From: the human T2T-CHM13v2.0 reference genome, Homo sapiens
Assembly (NCBI RefSeq): GCF_009914755.1
Contig: NC_060934.1
Strand: one strand, 5' to 3'
Length of the DNA stretch: 64,000 nucleotides
This document shows, piece after piece, positions 43,444 to 56,332 of the stretch; position 1 is the first letter of the stretch, and each line of letters begins with the position of its first letter. The notes beneath the pieces were generated by a model. It was not told the origin of the DNA. It did not search any database and saw nothing but the letters and a program-made list of their open reading frames with translations. The translations under genes and the position numbers were made by a program.

Positions 43444-44318
43444 TAATTCCATTGAGACCTCCTTGAGCCCAGTGCAGCAGATGTGACATCCTAGGAGCTC
43501 AGTCAAGTAGGAGAGATAAGGAAATGGATAAACACACTCAGCAATTTCCCCAGTCCTACCATAAGTGGTCTTAGCTCTGAGCCTGCAAGCACTGTTCCTT
43601 CTGTCTAAAATCCTTTCCTTTCCCCAATTCTGCCCTGTGAATTCCTTTCCATCCATGAGTTCCAGTTTCAACATCACTCCCTCTAGGAAGGTTTTCCCCA
43701 CACTCCAGCATTACATTTTCCCTAAGTGCCCTATTCTTGTCCTTCCTGGACTACTCATACTGTTCTACTCCAGGGATTTTTCTTTTTGCTTCTTTTTCCT
43801 AAATGACCATAGAATCCTGAGGACCACCTCTAGATCTTGGTTTCAATTCTCCATCTAATACCTAATACAAAGCAGCCCCTCCAATAGTTGGAGGTGCACC
43901 CAGAATGCAAGGGCAACACAGAGAGCCAGGTGGGAAGACTGACAGAAGGAGGAGGTGATGCTGGGGCCAAGTTCTGAAAGGAGGAGTAAGAATTTGCAAA
44001 GGAGTCAACTGGGGAAGGCATTCCAGGCCAGGCTCCCAGCAGGAGCAAAACTATGGCAAGGGGGCACAGTGAATACGGGTGGGGTGAGACTGAAATGTAG
44101 CTTGCCATTGCTGGAGGATAGAGTATAAGGCACAAGTGGCCAGAGACAAGACTGTCAGAATAAGCAGGGATATATCAAATTGTTAATATCCTGCTTCATC
44201 ACTTACTAGCAGTTTAACTCCAAGCAAGTTATTTAACCTCTCTATGCCTCAGTTCTCACCTGTAAAGAGGAGATTATAATAGTAATCCTCACATAAAGTT
44301 GTTGCAGGGATTAAGTGA

Positions 44319-44712
<394 letters not shown>

Positions 44713-44769
44713 AAGATGCAGTCAGCTTTAGTTTAGAAAGATTTGTGGGCCAGGTGCAGTGGCTCACGT

Positions 44770-45044
44770 CGAATTAAAGGAATAGGTTGGGCTAGTTAAC
44801 TGCAGCAGGAACATGTCCTTAAGGCACAGATCGCTCATGCTACGCTATGTGGCTTAAGAATGCCTTTATGCGATTTTCCACCCTGGGCGGTCCAGGTGTT
44901 CCTTGCCCTCATTCCGGTAAACCCACAACCTTCCAGCGTAGGCGTTATGGCCATCATGAACATGTCACAGTGCTGCAGAGATTTTGTTTATGGCCAGATT
45001 TGGGGCCAGTTTATGGCCAGATTTTGGGGGGCTTGTTCCCAACA
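44770..45044 (-). mobile_element. MER9 LTR, 5' half only, inserted in env of provirus 2
   Basis: Homologous to 5040-5309 and to the reverse complement of 39679-39950; intact tgttggg terminus at 45044. Confidence 0.88.
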
Positions 45045-48000
45045 TTTACTGAATGGATTCTTCTTCGTGTGGTTTGAACTCTACCACGTAACTGTTTTTG
45101 TAGTGCTATTATACAGTTTTTGCCCAAGGCAGCTGAGTCTTCCTACAGGAAGGGTGAAGTTCTTCCCCACTCTTGCTATACAGTATTGTCTAATGATTGA
45201 GGCTTTTAGGACCTAGAAGTGATCAGGGTGATTCTTTTGGGCTGGGAATTCATCAGGAACTGGGTCTGGAGGTACTAATTCTCAGGCTTCCCATGGCCAT
45301 TGATCTCCTATTACAGTTCCTCCACATACATAACGTGAAGTGACATTGAGAGACTGGGCTACATGCTTGGCTAATTGCAAAAACAAATTTCTTGTTTTTC
45401 CTGGAATTTCTGGTACTGGCACATTTTGTTTATCAGAGAAGGTTTGAAATACTGGCTCAGGAGAGCGTTTATAAACTTTTTCTCAAACCACGATATTTAT
45501 TTGAAGATCCAGTCCAGCTCCATCAATTTCTAGAGCTACAAGTTCCTCTTTTTTCTAGCGAGGATTAAGGAGGTTGGTTATTACTAGTTCTAAGGAGTTA
45601 CACTGACCACTGGTACAGGAAGGGCCACTTTTCCCTTGCTGAAGGTGGACAGGATTTTTTTCACTTTTTATTCAAGTAGCCTAAATGACACAAGACCAGT
45701 ATCTACATTTATTTTCACACAGTCCTAATTCATGATAAATGTACTTATTTTCTGCCATATAGCCTCTTTCCTAATTAAGAGAACCACATCCTACTTTTAA
45801 CTTATTATTATTAATGACTGCACAGGCATCAAATTTTAAGGTGACTTGTTTGTGCACCTTTTTCTTCTGTTTTGGCTAACACTTTACTTGTATCGTTTAT
45901 GAGCCCCCACCAGTCTTCAGTTCTTAATCTTATTTTAAAAACTGTGGTCATGGGATGCTCAGATGGGTCATAATACACATCAGGTTGGTCATTTCCTGGG
46001 CTACATACCTTCTATAGAATAACATTATACAAACAATTTCTTTTTAGAGTTCCAGTACACTTATAATCACCATAAAATAATAGGACCATAGCAACCTTTT
46101 ATCCTACCTCAGTGACTTGATGTATACACTGAGAACAGTCCTTAGTCTGAGGAAGGTCAGTTGAAGTCCTTACTGTACAAGTCCAAATTTTAAGGAAAAT
46201 GAGTCCTGTGATGAGTTTTCTCATGCTTCAGCTGTGCGTGGACGAGTCAGCTTCTGGGTGTGACTGGAGCAGGGCTTGTCGTCTTCTTCAGAGTCACTTT
46301 GCAGGGGCTGGCGAAGCTGCTCCCATCTACATACCGCTCACAGTCTACTGATGTTTAAGGATGGTCTCAGAGGTTGGGCCCACTGGAATAAACTGAGTCC
46401 AATACCTCTACGAAGTTATGTTCAACTGGGCTCTCTGATACCGGGAGCAAGGTGGTGGGGTTTAGGGTGTTGTAAACTACAATGGTTATGCGGGGATTTT
46501 CACAGAGCAAGCTTTGGTATCTAGTTAGTCTAGCATTCATTAGCTAATGATGTCCTTTGGTATTTATTAAAGTCACCACAGCATGGGGGGACTTTATGTT
46601 TAGGTTTTGCCCAAGAGTTAGCTTATCTGCTTCTTGTGCTAACAGGGCCATTGCTGCCAGGGCCCTTAGACATGGGAGCCAGCCTTTGGAAACCCCATCT
46701 AGTTGTTTTGAGAGATAGGCCACTGGCCCTGGCCAGAACCCCACAGTCTGGGTTAAAATTCCAACTGCCATTTTTTCTTTTTCTGACACATAGGGTGTAA
46801 AGGGTTTTGTCAGGTCAGGTAGCCCCAGGGCTGGGGGTGACATGAGTTTTTCTTTTAACTCATGAAAAGCTTGTTGCTATTGGTTGTAATAGATGTAGTT
46901 TATCTAATTTACATTTTTATTGACTGTCCCCCACTAAAATATTGACTTAAGTCCTGTAGCTATTTGATTTCAAGCTTTAAATTGATCTGGTATTCCTTGC
47001 GGGACTCCAATTCCATCTAAATAGATGTGAGAGTTGAAAGACCCATAAGGGGCTTCTTTCACTTTATGATGTCTTATTTTTTCTCCCTCTGGTTGATGAA
47101 ATGTCAGGGTGAAAGGGATAGCCAAATGGACTAAAGTACAAGTGCCACTCCAGTTATTTAGCAGAGCGCCCAGTAAAGGTCCACCAAAATACCACCACAC
47201 ATCCGCTCGGGGATGAACAAGGGCTGACTGATTGATAAGCTCTTGAAAATTCTTAAGTTCATCACATCCCTTCAGGTCTCCAAGGAATGCTAAGTTTCCT
47301 CCCTGTCATGAGAGGCAGGAAGTGAACTTAGTGTTGGGAGACAGAAGCTGGATGGCCCTTGGGGGCTGACCCGCAGGGTGCTGGACTTCTGGATATAGCA
47401 GAGAGAGCTTGGCATGACTTATTACGCCAGGCAGTAGAATCCTGGAAAAGAGCTACCATGCAGCCTATGCCTGGTTGACTGGAGGACCACCTTAGTGGAA
47501 AGGGGACAATCTGGGCCTCTGGCCTGCCATGTGCACAAGCATAACAATTGCTTTTGTTTAACGTGCAGATGGAATATTTGATCCATTTTAACTAGACATT
47601 TGCATCTTGGTATCCTGTCTTAATTGCTGAAGTTGGTTTTAAGTCTTTAACTTCTATGATCCTCTAGTAAAATGAATGTATGATTTTAGGAAATTACAAA
47701 AACCAGTTGGAGCAGTCCATCCTTGCTCTTTAGTGGTCCACAGAATGTTGGACCAACTATGGCATAAACATAGTCCTCCCATGCTGTGGTGACTTTAATA
47801 AATACCAAAGGACATCATTAGCTAACGAATGCTAGACTAACTAGTTACCAAAGCTTGCTCTCTGCATTGGGGGACAAGACTCCTGGTTGGCACTAGGGTC
47901 TTTATCAAAATCTCTCTGGATTAAATGATCCTAGTTTACTAATGCCCAGTCTGAGGAGAGTCAGGAGGGACAGAAGTACTTTTCTGAAGTAGAAAGCTGT

Positions 48001-49779
48001 CTTTGAATTAGCAAGTCTCCACAGGGTATAACAAGGCCAGCATTAAATGCAATAGTTTGAGGTGAAATTGACTTGGTTATGTTAATAACTAGATGCTTAG
48101 CAATAGAACGAGGAAAGAAGACAAAGTAATAGAATAGATGAAAAGAGTTAAATCTTTCTTAGCTTTAGTTTGGTAGAGTTTTCCCCTGGGACTATGGCCC
48201 ACGACTCTGGAGGGGGTGGTGCTTTCTTGACTTGGGTGTGATGAGTCCATCCTTTTACGCTGTACGAACAGCAGTCTTGGTGGTTAGTAGCACAAGGTAG
48301 GGTCCTTCCCAGTCTGGTTCGAGTTTTTCTTCTTTCCACCCTTTGATGAGAACGTGATCTTCAGGCTGGTGCTGGTTTACCGGAAATTCTAGGGGTGGTA
48401 CATGTACTAAAAGACTTTTAGTTTTTGAAGGAAAGGAAAGTGGAAGATAAACCAAGTATATAATGTTTAAGAAATTGACCTTTTGTTTTAAATGTGGGGT
48501 CCTTGGCAGTGGACTTTATGTCCTCAGTGCCTTTTTACTGAGAAATCTCCTTTAGCACCTATTTTTATTAGTTTTTAAACCAAAGAAAGCCAAATATCAT
48601 TTTACAATTAACAATGCTTTTTATATGATTTTTATACCAGATAAGCTAAATTTTACCTTTATTTTAGTGTGTTATTAATGTTAAACCTAATTTTAATAAA
48701 ACCTTGTAGACATATTTATCCAATTTTTAATGTTTGACCATAAGGTAAGATTTTACAGACACTTTTTAACCTTTTAAAATTTTTGCTAAAGAGCAGGTTG
48801 GTGCTTTAAGAAAAACCTGCTATGCTTTTATTTTAATGTCCAGTTTACAGAAAAACTGGATGACACCTCTTTAACTTTAGCCAATGTTTACACACAGAAT
48901 TTTCTTTCCATTTAACATTTTAAAACTTGATTAAACCTTTAAAACAAAATATACATATTTTTAACCTTTTAATGCACGTAAAAATTTATATTCTTATGCC
49001 TCCTTATAATTCTTTTACCAAAGGTATATTTTACTTTCCTTATACATCTTGCACATAAACTGTTTTTTTTGTTTGTTTGTTTGCTTGTTTGTTTAGTTTT
49101 ACATTCAGGAGGCCTAGTTACTTTTAAATTATACAACATTTCTTGTGTAAATTTTTTTATAACATTTTTCTCTTTCATGACTTTTGTAGACAATTTTTTG
49201 ACATGCTTTAACTTTCTGACTTATTACAAATATTTCTTTCTTTAAACAATGAGTTAATTTATTTCAGGACAAGAATTTACCATATAATACTCTTTTTACA
49301 TAAATTCCACCCCCCTTTTTTTCTTTCTTTTTTTTTTCTAACAGAATAGCCCCATACTTTAAGATTTTTGAGTTAGTAAGCTACTTTTTTGCTTTTTTGA
49401 TTTAGGATAGTTCTGAACTGAACTAGTGAGGTGTGCTCACAATGAGGTTTCCTCTAAAACTTATTTTTTTGCTTTTTTTCTGTTAGCAAAGCAGTTGCTG
49501 CTACAGATTGAATGCATTTGGGCCATCCGCGGGTTACTGGGTTAAGGATTTTTGATAGGAAGGCCTCAGTGCTTTCAGGATATGCCCTTGTTTACACTGA
49601 CAACAAAGTGGTATTGGAGTGTTATAGGGTAACAGAGAATACCCTCAATTATCAGTTACAGGTTTTAAATTTACCTTGGCTTTTAAAGGAATAGGGTACA
49701 CTGTTTTTTTTAACTGCTTGTATATATCTCTCTTTCTCTCTTTGATTTTCCTTTTGCCTCTGTCTCTTCCTCTCTCTCT

Positions 49780-49810
<31 letters not shown>

Positions 49811-51238
49811 GCCTCGCTTATGCTGCAGTTCTCTCAACCACTGTGGAGAGATCTCACACCAGCTGTAACCAAGCGTCTGTGTACGGGAACTGGTCTGGGT
49901 GCCCTGGCTTTACAGGTTACCTTGTGCCATACCTTTGAAACAAGGGACCTGTCCAGGCTTCCTTCTGATGGCCAACCCACCTCTAATGCTGACCAGTCTA
50001 TTTTACACAAAGTTTTAAATTTTCCTGGTGTCATAGTACTCCATAGTCTCCCTTAAATACTTTCTTGAAATTTTTCAACATAGTTCCTAGTAGATTGGGC
50101 TTATTTGTGCCTGACCCATGCTTCTTCAATACAAAACACCACGCTCACACCACACGCACACCACAAAACAAAGAATGAGTAAAAAGGGCACACACACACT
50201 TTGCAGTTTACACCAAACCAAAATCAAAACCAAATTCAGAGTATCCAGAAATCCAAGCCAGGTCAAAACCAAAACCAAAGTATCAAGCAATCCAAGTCAA
50301 GTCAAAAACAAAAACCAAAGTGCCAGTACAGGCACACTGTGGGTGATCAGGCCACGCTTCCACTCAAATGGAGTAGGCAAGTTCCCAAGACCAGTCCTGT
50401 CAAGCAATTCAAACCAAGTCAAAACCAAAACCAAAGTGCCGATAAAGGCACACCGTGGGTGATCAGGCCACGCTTCCACTCAAATGGAGTGAGCAAGTTC
50501 CCAAGACTAGTCTTACCAAGTTTCAAATGTCCGGACTCCAAGTACCAGTTCCTTCCCAGTGTTTAGCCTCTGTGTTGATCCTCCATGGAGGCCTGCCACA
50601 CACTGCTCTGGCGATGTGTCCCACTGGGGCAAATGCCTACCAAGGAGCGCTCTCAGGATCCGCGTCACTTGGGCTGGTAGGAGTCTGCTGCAGGGATGTT
50701 CCACAGGGCAGGCTTAAGTCGCCTAAGGAGCTGCCTCGACCATCCACCAATCACCTCGCTTCCCAGTCAGGGAACCAAGAAATGTAGCAGGATGAGCCAC
50801 AGACAAAACTCCTCAGAGTTAAAGAAGGAAGGGGTTTATTCGGCCGGGAGCATTGGCGAGACTCCTGTCTCAAGAGCCAAGCTCCCTGAGTGAGCAATTC
50901 CTGTCCCTTTTAAGGGCTGACAACTCTAAGGGGGTCCACATGAGAGGGTCATGATCGAATGAGCAAGCAGGGGGTACGTGACTGGGGGCTGCATGCATCG
51001 GTAATCAGAACGCAATAGAACACGACAGGAATTCTTACAATGCTTTTCCATACAATGTCTGGAATCTATAGATAACATAACCAGTTAGGTCAGGGGTTGA
51101 TCTTTAACTATCAGGTCCAGGGCGTGGCGCTGGGCTGTCTGCCTGTGGATTCCATTTCTGCCTTTTAGTTTTTACTTCTTCTTTCTTTGGAGGCAGAAAT
51201 TGGGCATAAGACAATATGAGGGGTGGTCTCCTCCCTTA
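45045..51238 (-). mobile_element. Second Harlequin/HERV-E LTR2 provirus, 3'-truncated within env
   Basis: Colinear with 7565-13785; 5' LTR at 50783-51238; gag, pol, integrase and env remnants; no 3' LTR. Confidence 0.9.
50760..50777 (-). other. Primer binding site, tRNA-Glu type
   Basis: Minus strand TGGTTCCCTGACTGGGAA, one mismatch to the tRNA-Glu complement TGGTTCCCTGACCGGGAA, 5 nt from the LTR end. Confidence 0.85.
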
Positions 51239-53108
51239 ATTTGGGTGGATAAGATACAGAAAAACAAGAAGTTTGTGAGCATCTCCTATGTGTCAGGCAC
51301 AGAGCAAGACACTTCACAAGAGGTGTGGAGGAACTGATCCAGGACCACAGCAGGCAGGTGGCCAGAGACACTTGAAACTCTGCCTCTTGATACCCAGTTC
51401 CTGTACTTTCTAACACACCCCACTGCAATCTGAGAATGGTAATAAGTTCTTTTTATTCCCTTAGTTTTGATGTAATATGCATTATGCAAACTTCAATACT
51501 TTGCCTCTAACACTCATTTTTGTTGCTGGAGACAGACCTCTCACTATTTCTTAAATTTCAAAAAATGTAATTAAAAACTGCCATTGAACATCAGAAATAA
51601 AAAAAAAATCCATGGAATTATGGATTAAGGCAGTTTTGCCAGCACTTTCCCCAAAATTTTAAGAAGCTAATTTTGGTTTTGGCCATTAAGCAGAACCTGG
51701 CCTGATAAATGTGAATTGAATGAAAGGGTCCATGAACCTAGCAAGAAAAATACATGAATCCTCAAACAACAAAATTCAAGAACCCACACATTCCCTCCTC
51801 ATGAGCCCAACACCCCATCACATTCATCAGAGCGGCAGAAGGAAGCATTCGTCAAACTCCAGGCTCTGCACATCCTTTGGTGATGTTAGAGTCAGCAAGA
51901 ATCTTTTTGTTTATCCTTAGCAGAATGACCAGGATCCCACGTGAGGGAACTTTGTTTTAGGAAGGGAGAATGGCATATTTCAGAAAGATTTATCCAAAGT
52001 GAGACAATTGGAAATATGTAACTAAAGGACTATACTTCAACAATAATATTTGTCAGGAAACTAACTTCCTGTCCTTAATTAGCCTAATAGTTTTTAAAGA
52101 GGTGAGACTGTCTTTGGGATGGTGGGGGGTAGTGGGGAGGAAGTGACAGATAACAGTAATCTAAAGGTATTGCCAATGTCTCTGTCCTGTCAGATTCAAT
52201 TTTGGCCTAGTTGCAATTCTGGGCAAATGGGAGGAAGTGGTGCTGCCAACCCAGGTGAGTACCTCTGAGGTGGAGAGTTCTGCTCCGTTCTGGGGACTGA
52301 CAGTATATCATCACATGGTCAAAGCAGGAACTTGGTAAGAATAAAGCACAGGAGTAATTCTTGATAAACCACACAGTGCTCCAAAGGAGAATATATACAA
52401 CTCGGAAAAATTCTGAAAGATAATATTCCATATTTTAGCTACAGCATTTACACACCACTACTGCCAAGAAAACTAAGCTGGTTTTGAAGAATGCAATGGT
52501 CTTTTTAAATTACACTTTCAGACAATGAGCACTGAAATAGAAAAACAGAGCTATGACAAGTTAAGTTGACTTCTATCATCAGAATTCAATATTGTGACAA
52601 TCTTAGTGTGGTGAAACCATTGAATATAGGACTATTTAATAACAATTCTCATATATTGAGGGCTTAACTTTCTCTAGTCCCCATTCTAAGAGCTTCACAC
52701 AGAGTAACACAAGAGTAACACATTCGTTCTCATACAAGTCTATGAGAAAAAAGAAGAAAACCACTCAGAGTGGTTATGCAATTTATCTAAGGATATGGGT
52801 GATAGAGCCACTATTGGAATTCAGATTCCCTGGTACCATGTCTTAAAATATACAGAATAGCTACAACAAAAGCATATATTTCTATGCTAATTTTTTTTTT
52901 TTAAAAAAAAGAAAGAAAGGAGTCACACCTAGTATCAACTGAGCTGTTTGGTCTCTTTGTAGCTAGATTTGACAAGAGGGTAAATCCTGGAGCAATAAAA
53001 TTCTTGGTAATTTATTAACCCAGAGAGATCAAAGTGGATGAGTGCAACCCCTCTTTATAGGCTGGCTCTCCTTCAGAGCCACTGATGGGCTGATCCAGCC
53101 TTATAGAT

Positions 53109-53459
53109 CAGAGGTCCCCAATCCCCGGGCTGCAGACCAGTACTGGTCCCATCTGTGGCCTGTTAGGAACCAGGCCACACAGCAGGAAGTGAAGGGGGGG
53201 AGAGTGAGAATTACTGCCTGAGCTCCGCCTCCTATCAGATCAACAGCAGCATTAGATTCTCATAGGAGCACAAACCCTATTGTGAACCGTGCATGTGAGG
53301 GATCTAGGTTGCACGCTCCTTATGAGAATCTAATGCCTGATGATCTGAGGTGGGACAGTTTCAACTCGAAACCATCTCGCCATCCCCACCCTTTGCCCAT
53401 GTTGAAAAATAGTCTTCCATGAAACCAGTCCCTGTTGCCAAAAAGGTTGGGGATGACTA
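53109..53459. mobile_element. MER1 (hAT-Charlie) element
   Basis: cagaggtccccaa...aaaaggttgggga termini; 8-bp TSD TTATAGAT. Confidence 0.88.
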
Positions 53460-54480
53460 TTATAGATAACTCATTTATCATGCAAAAACAAAAATTCATT
53501 TCAGGGTTTGGGCTTATAGACGCTTCAGATCAAACCTGGCTCAGAATTCAAACTGTGAGTAATTTCTCCCTAGCCTTTGAAGGAACTCTCATAGCATAAA
53601 GAATGATAATAACTTAAAGAAGCTTCACTTTGTCTGAATGGCAATTAAATAAATTTAACAATTGAGGATCTTAATGCCAATGTAAAGCACCTGTTTTCCT
53701 AAATTTCACAGAAAGTAACATAAAACAGTACTTGGTTTTTAATTGCTTTAACAGAAAAAAATCACTCCTTTTTCTTTCCAAGTTGTTATAACTCCCATTT
53801 CAGTAAATCACCTTAGATAGCTGAGTCAAACTAATCTCCGTTTCTTTAGGAACAAGGAAATCAAGTACCTATTTCCAGAATGGGAAATAGAACAGGAAGG
53901 CAGGATTCATCAGATTTAAGAACATGGCTGGAAATCTGGGTACCAGGAGAGTCTGATGAAACTTTTGCTGGTTCCCTGGCTCTAACATAGACTCTAATCC
54001 AATCAGATCGACAAACTTGGCCCTTGTAGAGAGTTAGGAGAAGAGTAGAGAAGACTGGAGGCTTCCTTCACTCTATATTTCTCTACTTTTGGTTCTATTA
54101 AACCATTTTGTTTTACAGCCAAGACTAAAGGCATGATGACCCCCTTAGAGGAGGAGCTCAGAGCATCAGAAATGTGTTGCCCACATCCATGTAGCCATTT
54201 ACAAAAATGTTTAAATTACTATTCTTAAGTACTGACCTAGGGCCAGTGAGACAAGGAAGTTAGAAGCTACTACAAATGTCTGAAATTGCTCAAGCAGGAC
54301 GTTAAACATACCTTAGAGCCACACCATCAGAGGACTGACCACTTATTCTATATACCACCTTGATTTTTGTGCAGCCATACTACTCAACCTGGGGTCATAC
54401 ATTGCATAAGCTGAATACCTTCTGCAGTGAATCACAAATGTCCAGAATGGAGAAAGGCCAGCATTTTTAAAAGCACCCAA

Positions 54481-54783
54481 GGCTGGGTATGGTAGCTCAC
54501 GCCTGTAATCCCAGCACTTCGGGAGGCCGAGGTGGGCGGATTACCTGAGGTCAGGAGTTTGAGACCAGCCTGGCTAATGTGAAACCCGTCTCTACTAAGA
54601 GTACACAAATTAGCCAGGCATGGTGGTGGGTGCCTGTAGTCCCAGCTTCTCGGGAGGCTGAGGCAGGAGAATTGCTCAACCTGGGAGGTGGAGATAGCAG
54701 TGAGCTGAGATGGTGCCACTGCCACTGCACTCCAGCCTGGGCAACAGAGCAAGACTCTGTCTCAAAAAAAAAAAAAAAAAAAA
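54481..54783 (+). mobile_element. AluS
   Basis: Full dimer, A tail. Confidence 0.92.
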
Positions 54784-54799
54784 GCTGAACCTTACATTT

Positions 54800-54864
<65 letters not shown>
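54800..54864. repeat. Compound (CT)n(CA)n microsatellite
   Basis: Seen directly. Confidence 0.95.
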
Positions 54865-54865
<1 letters not shown>

Positions 54866-55478
54866 GAAAAAGAAAAATGAAAAACTGCAGTAAAATAAAG
54901 CCTAATGGACTTCCTCTTCCTAATCTAGGTCTTCACTCCTGCATACTTATAGATATCTCACTCTGATACTTGGTTAAATGTAGATTATTTCTTCAGAAGC
55001 CTCAGTACTGATGTAACTTCATCAGGACGCACAAGCTATGTGAATTCAACCCAATTGAGTGCCATGAGGTTAACTCAAAACATAATGACAGCAACATCAC
55101 ACTCCAACTAAAAGGTTAGAACCCCACAGGACAACTGCAGGCAGTGGTCTTTCCAAAACAAAAGGAAACCACCCCCTACCATGCCAGCCCTGTTATCCAT
55201 GGAAAAGTATGTCTATAAAAAGGAATAAAAGAGAGAACATTTTCTTGGTTTCAAATTAACCAGCATGTCAATCACTCCAAACTAGTTGCCCAGAGCCCAC
55301 AAACTTAAGCTCAGTTATGAACAATTCCTTCAATTCCTTTCTATGTTTCTCATTTTGGAAGGTGGTGTATAAAATACCATTGCCTGCTGGCAAAAACCAT
55401 AATTTCTATGGTAGTATCACTAGCACTGTCTTTTCCAACACTCTCTTCTTCCTTTCCATCTTTAAAAATCTATTGATT

Positions 55479-55899
55479 CCCAACCTAAATGCCCATCAAT
55501 GATAGACTAGATAAAGAAAATGTGCTGCATATACACCACAGACTACTATGCAGCCATAAAAAAGAACGAGATCATGTCCTTTGCAGGAACATGGATAGAA
55601 CTGGAGGCCATTATCCTCAGTGAACTAATGCAGGAACAGAAAATTAAATACCACATGTTCTCACTGATAAATGGGAGCTAAGTGATGAGAACACATGCAC
55701 TCATAGAGGGGAACAACAGACACTGGGGCCTACCAGAGGGTAGAGGGTTGGGGGAGGGAGAGAATCAGAAAAAATAACTAATGTTTACTAGGCTTAATAC
55801 CTGGGTGATGAAATAATGCGTGTAACAAACCCCTATGACATGAGTTTACCTATATAACAAACCAGTACATGTACCCCTGAACTTAAAAGTTTAAAAAAA
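55479..55899 (+). mobile_element. Older L1PA (about PA13-16) 3' end
   Basis: caacctaaatgcccatcaatgatagac...gagatcatgtcctttgcagga...cccctgaacttaaaagtt plus A tail. Confidence 0.85.
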
Positions 55900-56332
55900 C
55901 TCTGTTGATTACCATTCTCTCAATTTCTGAAAACTTTACTATAAACATCTTAAACACATACTGAAGTAGAGAAAGTATAATGAATGCTCTGGTATCCATC
56001 ACCTAGGTTAGGCCATTGGCATACTGCCCATCGTGCTTCCTCTATACCCACACCCACTTCTCCATCCTCTACGAATTATTTTAAGGCAAATCCACGATAT
56101 CATGTCATTGTCTCTGCAAATACTTCATTTACAAACCTCTAAAATATACATATATTTTTAAGGTATTTTTATTATAGAGATAAGAAACAGGCTGAATGCA
56201 TCTTATGCATTAATAAAAAGTAGGGAAAAAAATCCAGTAACATTAAAGACAATGTAGGAGTTACCATAAATTAAGGAAGAGTCTACCTTAAACCTGCATC
56301 ATCTGCTGCTTGGCGGTCTGCCCTTTTCCAGC

